Of a DNA stretch of 64,000 nt, positions 57,893 through 64,000 are shown piece by piece (the stretch's first letter is position 1; every line of letters begins with the position of its first letter). Position numbers and translations under genes: made by a program. The stretch spans positions 1-64,000 of the forward strand of contig NW_027191490.1 in the NCBI RefSeq assembly GCF_011745625.1. Reading direction: 5' to 3'. Origin of the DNA: Cladosporium halotolerans. Taxonomy: Eukaryota. Below the pieces are notes generated by a model that was not told the origin of the DNA, made no database searches, and saw only the letters and a list, made by a program, of their open reading frames with translations.

Positions 57893-59472
57893 GAAGACAA
57901 CCGCTATCCCTAGGATTTTAGGTATTCAACCCGAATTATTTCAACATGCTTCGCATGAATCAGCAGCATTTGTGTCCAATCACTCGCGGATTGTTCACAT
58001 GCTACACTTCTCCTGCAGGACCTACAATCAGCTTGCACAAGAGATACCAATACATGATGCAGTGGATCCAGACGACCTACTGTTGGGACACTGCTACTAA
58101 CAACGCCGTTGAATGTACTGACCACGCGTACGAATAGCTCGAGGGTTACGTCACCTTCCTATCTGCTTGCATGGTGCATCAATATCTGCAAGGCCGCGTT
58201 CTGAGGGTTCACAAGGACAAGTGCACCTCGGTCCATTTGAAACGGTTTTCGCTTTCCCAAGAATCAATGCTACACAGTCGCTGCCAAATCACAAGAAGAC
58301 TCGATACACCGCTAAGCAGCCTCCCATATCGCATCCTCTCATATTGCTGAACAGCCTCACTAGCCTGGCCAAGCGCGGCTGAAGATCTCCCAAGACACCA
58401 CAGCCTCGCGCTAATCCGCCGCCTCTTCGACAAAGAAGTCCAATGCGGTTACAGATGGTATCCAGAACTGCAAGTGTTGCCTGATATGTTCTTTGGTATA
58501 GCCTAGGGCTGTGTTGCGCTTCTCAGCCGTTTTCGGCCGAGACGCCACGTTCATGCTGACCTGCATGTACAGATACGCACATCCAGTCAGGCGGGCTCTC
58601 GGGTTTCCCATACACATCAGGCATCGGATATCTCGGATGTGATACCACACGGAAGCCGGTTGTTTGTCATAGGCTTTGGTTCAAAGTTGCAATGGAAATA
58701 AGCATCGCGCGCTAGAACGACCGTTGTGGCTTGGATCGCCGTTCAGCCGGGCAGTATTTGAGCAAGTAACCTCGATCTGCAATGATACGTGCTGCTCGGC
58801 TCGCAAAAGCGTCACGCATGTGTGTGTGTGAGCCGCTCATCCTATAGAAAGCCTGTCACAAGTGCTTACGGATTGAGACCAGGTAATGCTCACGCCTGAG
58901 GCTGCAGAGACGCAGGACACGCCTGCGGAGTCGATCACGAGTCGATTGTCTTTGTAAGGGTCTGAGTCGACGACTGATCAGGCACAGGGTCTCGTATATC
59001 GAACCGCTGGTAAGCCTCTCTTTGCTTCCTCCTGGAGCGTTGGGAGGAACGCACGCGTGGGAGGGCGGCTCATGCCCACTACGCGTACGCCCTTGGAAGA
59101 GCAATCACGGTCACTGGCAGCCTGACAAGAGCATGAAGTCGTGCGAAGAATCACAGCAAGGCTGCAGTCAAGGACTGTATGTCAGCAGCTAAGGGTGCAT
59201 CTGCATTTGCTCGATTATGCTTTCCAGCCTTGGAACGCCTGATCGTCTATTGTACCAATCCGGTCTCAACGGTCTCGTAAAGTTAATCCCACGTATTCCT
59301 CCGGAGGATTTGTGGCGATTCTAGGGGATATTGATCAGCCTTGCGGCGTTCACACCAGGCGAGCCGCGGTTTATAAAGGCCTGTCGATCTCCTCGAGGCT
59401 CGAGAAGACGTCAAGTCAAACTGCCAATGCTTTTAATAGACACTCGACAACCTTTGATACAGAACTGTTAAG

Positions 59473-60758
59473 ATGAAGACCAGCAGCATTTTAGGAGCTT
59501 TTGCCACTTGCTGCGCAGCCACCAACGCATTGGGTACGTGTGTCGGAGAGAATCGATCGGCGCTGTAATGAGCTCTCTCCTGTTGGTCCTACAATCCTGA
59601 CCATTCGCAGATTTGTCCGATCTGAGCTTAGGTACATCTTCTCTTGTCACCAGACTGAGGAGGGCAGCGCTTGCGGACAACACAACAGCTCCTAGCGGAG
59701 GGTCGTGTCCGCAAGTCTGGTATGACATTGCTCGGGATTTGAAGACGGAGTTTTTTGGATGCAACAGACAAGCATCTGATGCGATCCGGTTTGCATTCCA
59801 TGATGCTGGTACGTACTTTCTGTCTCGTAGACGGGATAAATCCGACCCTGACAAGACCCAGCTGGATACTCGTCGAAGAACCAGCCCTACGCTCCAGCCA
59901 GCGGTGGTGCAGATGGGTCTCTCCTTCTTGCGGATTCGGAGATCGCGAGGAGCATAAACGACCCTCTGCAAGGCTTCCGATCGTTTCTACTAGGAAAGTA
60001 CAACCAGTACAAGAGCAGGGGTGTCGGTGCTGCAGACTTCGTCCAAGCGGCTGGTACGATTGGTACAGTCAGCTGTCCCGGTGGACCAAGTGTCAAGACC
60101 GTAAGTTGCCTTTAGCCTCTATGGAGTCCAAAACTTCGAGCAAACGGGCTCTGACTAATACATACGAAGGTCATCGGTCGATCAGATACTTCGAACGCAG
60201 CTCCAGAGGGCACTCTGCCCCAGGCATTCGGGCCTGGCTCTTCGTACGACACATTAATCCAGCTGTGGGCAGACAAAGGCATCAGCCCGAGAGAACTTGC
60301 CGCGCTTATGGGCGCTCACTCAGTATCGCGAGCGTTCGCGCAACGAGCAAATGGTATTTTACCTGGAAGTGAGTAGACCCTAACCGTAGCTGATTCATCA
60401 TTTGGAGAAGAACAATCTGACATAAAGACTTTAGGTCCGCAAGACACCACACCCCGCCAGTGGGACGTGAAGTATTACTCGGACACGCAAGCGCAAAATG
60501 CGCCTCGTGGCGTCTCTCGATTCCAGTCCGATGTCAATCTGGCCAACCCGGCCACCGAAGCAGGGCAAGCATTCACTGAGTTCGCCGCTGATAAAGGTCT
60601 GTTAACCTGCTGTAATTCTTGAACGATTCAGAACTGACAGTTTCACCACAGCGGCCTGGGCCACAGCGTTTCAGGGAGCGATGTACAAGCTCAGTATACT
60701 CGGCTTGTCCGACGAGGCGAAGCAGAACCTCACGGATTGCACTGGTATCCTGGGATGA
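59473..60758 (+). CDS. Secreted class II-like heme peroxidase (AA2, generic type); 6 exons
   Basis: Signal peptide, CPQVW, distal AIRFAFHDA, GGADGSL, SCPGGP, IGRSD, proximal LMGAHS, DTTPRQWDVKYY, FQSD, LTDCT. Introns about 59534-59610, 59809-59861, 60101-60169, 60369-60434, 60596-60651. Confidence 0.9.
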
Positions 60759-61472
60759 GGTGTCGACCATGATTGTGATTCAGTAGGTCAGATTCGGATT
60801 GTATCTCCAATTTTCGCAACTTCCTTTTGTCGACCGCCTAGAAGCACGGCTTGGCGAAGTAATGAATTCATTTTCCAAAGTCTCTACAAGGGGTACAGCG
60901 TTGAATCTTGTCTGTCGGCAGCTTTGGGGTTGATGAGAGATCGTGATCACAAAAGACTCGAATCACGATTATTGATAATCCGGGGGTTGTGAAGGAAAAC
61001 AGCACAGTCTCGTGATCAGATCTGCCAGGTGTGGCGCCTGCGTGGCTACCCGGCCGCAGTGCAGCAGTATCGACATCTATTCCGGGAGGCGTGAGCTGGC
61101 TGATAGTGGTAGACAAGGCTGGGATAGCTTTTGCAACCAAATTCATTGAGTACACACAAAGTTTTCAGCAAAAATTGCGAACACTCCATTGAAGCCTCAT
61201 ATGTGCATGTGGCTCGAATGACACCTCCGATTTACGCTCAAGCTTTCCCATGCACTGTAATCCACGCACGCAAAAATATATTGAGGCCTCAAATCGACAG
61301 CGGGTCAGTCAGCGGCGGCAAGATCAGCGAGGACGGGGACTACCGCAGCACGGCGTTAGATATATATTCTAACACCTGGGATCGAATGGGGCGAGTGAGT
61401 CCGATATAGTGGTCATGGAATTGGTTAGTGATACCTAGATTGTTCCTCATTGCGTTTCGTTTTCAATCGACT

Positions 61473-62385
61473 TTACTTGCCGTACTCGTCCGTCAGCAGG
61501 CCGACCATTTCAGCTCGCGGGAGAGCAATGTTCGTAATGGTCGCGCCAGTGCCAGACGCAGAGCCCGGGTCGTTAACGAGCTCGACTTTGCGCGTGCTGC
61601 CGCGCGTGATCTCGAGCACAGTGCCGCCGGGGTACTCTGTCTTGGTGATCGTCGCGACCATGGCGTCCACAACCTCCTTCATAGGGATCCACTCGCCTTC
61701 GCCCATCCAGCCTTCGCGCGAGGCCCAAAAAGGCGTCAGGACGCTGCCCGGCGCGATGGCGACGATGCGCACGCCCTTCGCGGGTTCCATTGGTGCCATG
61801 GATTTCACGAAGTTGTTGATGCCGGCTTTGGAGGCGGCGTAGAGCGGTATGGCGTAGCCTGGTTGCTGGGCAGCGGCACTTGAGATCATCACCACTGCGC
61901 CGCGGGTGTTACGGCGGGTGAATGTATCCAGGGCCAGCTGCGTGCAGCGGATGGGGTGGTGCAGGTTGATCTCGAAGACTTTATAGGAAGACCTACTGGC
62001 ATCGGTGCTGGATTTGAAGGCCCAAAAGTTGGCGGATGGCTTTACAGTGAATTTAGTATTGGAGGAACTGGTTGAGAAAAACGACACCACCTACAGGCTC
62101 AGAGAGGCCAGCGCCAGGGCAGACTATGTCCAGGGCTCTGAATGTCTCGAGAGTGAATTGGAAGGCTGCGTCCAGTTGAGCCCAATCGGTGACATCGGTC
62201 TTCTGAAAGATGGCTCTAGGCGAGTCGGTATACTTGTCTAGAGCTTGAGCTTCCTGGCTAAGGGCAATGTCCGCCACAACCACGTTGCATCCCGCTTCCA
62301 GGAGACGGAGCGAAAAGGCGAGGGAGATGCCACTGCCGCCACCAGTGACTAGGGCAGTCTTGCCTTTGAGTTCGGGGAGAACCAT
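61473..62385 (-). CDS. Short-chain dehydrogenase/reductase (15-hydroxyprostaglandin-dehydrogenase-like); intron 62040-62094
   Basis: TGGGSGIS, VVADI, TDVTDW, DIVCPGAG, YAASK. Confidence 0.92.
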
Positions 62386-63100
62386 TGCTGTCAAGTTATT
62401 TGCGAAATGATAGAACCGTGAAGTATGGAAAATGGAAACTTGCGAAACCGGAAGGTAATGCAAACCTTTGTATAGCAGATAAGGGGTACACAGTATATTC
62501 CACGGACTCAGGGATGCGTATACATCGGAAGGATCAAGGCTTTACCTAGCTGGGGCAGAGCCAGTGACACGAGCGTTTGAAGGTGCGAGTGGAGCGCGCC
62601 GTTGATGAGGTGAAGAAACGGAGGAACGGATTCGGAGCAGGCTCGCAAACGGGTAAGCGCGTGAGATCCATCGGCGGTGGACTAGCCTGGAAGGTGTAGC
62701 ATGCGGAGGAGAGCCGCAAGCAGACGCCCCAGATGTGAAGTGAATGGAAGTCCTGTTAAGGTGCATCACGTGGCGCGTCTAATCGAGCGCACCACACGCC
62801 GCGTCGCCGTTGCAACGTGCAGCATTCTCGCCTTCCCGCGCCACTCGTCGATCTCGTCATGTGACCGTGCGCCCCCCGCCGAATGTTTGGGGACGGCGCG
62901 TCATAATGAAGCTGGCAGCGGCAAGCGGTGAGGTCACAGCTCCATGGAGCTTGCTGGGCCTGGAACCACCACGCTGCCCTCTTTTTCGAAAACATATATT
63001 TGTCGCTTATCCTCCGTCTTACACATCACGCTCACGCAAGCAATCCTATCAACAGAATCGCCTCCACTACCATCGCAATTGTCTAGTGCGCCCGTTAACG

Positions 63101-64000
63101 ATGAAGTTCAATCTGGCCTCGTTGGCCACCGTCGCCTTGGCGACACAGACTGTGACCGCCGACTGGCTGGGCAAGGCTGGTAAGTCTTCCAATGCATCAG
63201 TGTTGGCGGTGCGAGGGTGTCCTCAGTGATCACTCTCGCATCGCCAACCAACTGAGCCAAAACGCGTGACTGCAACACATCCTAACGAATCGTGAGGCCG
63301 CACAGCTTACAACAAGTGGCATGAGACTGAGCTTGAACGCTGGCTCTCCGACCACAACGTCCCCTACCCTACTCCCGCCGACCGCAAGGACCTTTCCGAC
63401 CTTGTTCAGAAGAACTGGGAGAATCACGTCATCAAACCCTACTCCAATTGGGACGCCTCGAAGCTCTCCAACTACCTGTCTTCGACTGGCAAGGAGATCA
63501 AGAAGGGTACCGAGAAGAACAAGGATAGCCTCGTCGTCCAGGTGCAGAATGCCTGGCATGAGACTGCCGATCAAGCCAACGAGGCTTACGGAAACACTCA
63601 AAGCTGGATCTTCAACAGGTAAGTCTCTCACGATATCCTCCGGAGCCAACTCCTGCACCAATGGCCAGCACTAACTTCTCGCAGCTGGACCGACTCTCAG
63701 CTCAAGGCGTTCCTCGACTACCACGGCATCCCCAACCCAAGCCCGCGCACCCGCGATTCGCTACTCCACACCGCCCGCTCCAACTACCAGTCTGCGGCGA
63801 ACAAGGCCGGTGAGACCGCCAGCTATCCTGGTGACTGGCTCTACGCCCAGTGGTCCGACTCTGACCTGAAGGCCTGGCTCGACGAGCGCGGCATTCCTGC
63901 CCCTCAGACCGGCAGCCGCGACAAGCTCATCGCCTCTATCCGCCGTAACTCTTACGTTGCCGCCCAGGAAGCCGACAAGCGTTACAACTCCGTCTCTTCT
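63101..64000 (+). CDS. Ish1/Msc1-family stress-responsive nuclear-envelope/ER protein (3' end outside window); introns 63180-63305 and 63619-63684
   Basis: Signal peptide, then Ish1 repeats WHETELERWLSDHNVP, WTDSQLKAFLDYHGIP..RDSLL, WSDSDLKAWLDERGIP..RDKLI. Confidence 0.9.

Noticed and set aside
57900..58700. Short Cys-containing ORFs (57946-58137 +, 58411-58650 -) as effector or pseudogene
   Set aside because: No signal peptide, splice structure or recognisable motif; cannot be supported without a search.
61425..61475. SRL codons immediately after the SDR stop (possible readthrough PTS1)
   Set aside because: The stop is TAA and SRL is not followed by a stop (the frame continues KTKRNEEQSRYH), so no C-terminal PTS1 forms.
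1..64000. CRISPR arrays, tRNA/rRNA genes, intact transposons, prokaryotic operons
   Set aside because: None seen; the sequence is intron-containing fungal euchromatin.

Overview
Gene-dense eukaryotic DNA from a filamentous ascomycete. The GT-AG introns with CTRAC branch points and the gene families point to Pezizomycotina, probably Dothideomycetes (inference). I reconstruct 22 protein-coding genes by hand, many split across the supplied ORFs by introns. In order: 5'-truncated SDR, PMC1-type Ca2+-ATPase, 10-exon ACS-family MFS permease, 688-aa coiled-coil protein with keratin-like head and tail, divergent MCT transporter/Zn2Cys6 factor pair, DUF1765 protein, PAQR/IZH receptor, orphan PCI-like protein, DUF2235 hydrolase, NDC80, PEX14, SKI2, NMD5/SXM1 importin, lactose/cellodextrin permease, Clg1-like cyclin, UBP16-like protease, mitochondrial bL9, SnoaL-like protein, secreted class II heme peroxidase, second SDR, and 3'-truncated Ish1-repeat protein. 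I found no tRNA, rRNA, CRISPR array or intact transposon. The most notable signals are: (i) recurrent ~0.6-1 kb C/A-to-G/T strand-skew switches independent of gene orientation; (ii) an intermediate-filament-like tripartite protein; (iii) an 18-bp G·U-containing hairpin in an oversized Ish1 intron; (iv) a ~1-kb ATG-free cyclin leader with one uORF and a 5'UTR intron; (v) a telomere-like motif with hairpins between PEX14 and SKI2; (vi) a possible HMG-box-like pseudogene. Family assignments come from motif recognition, not database searches.
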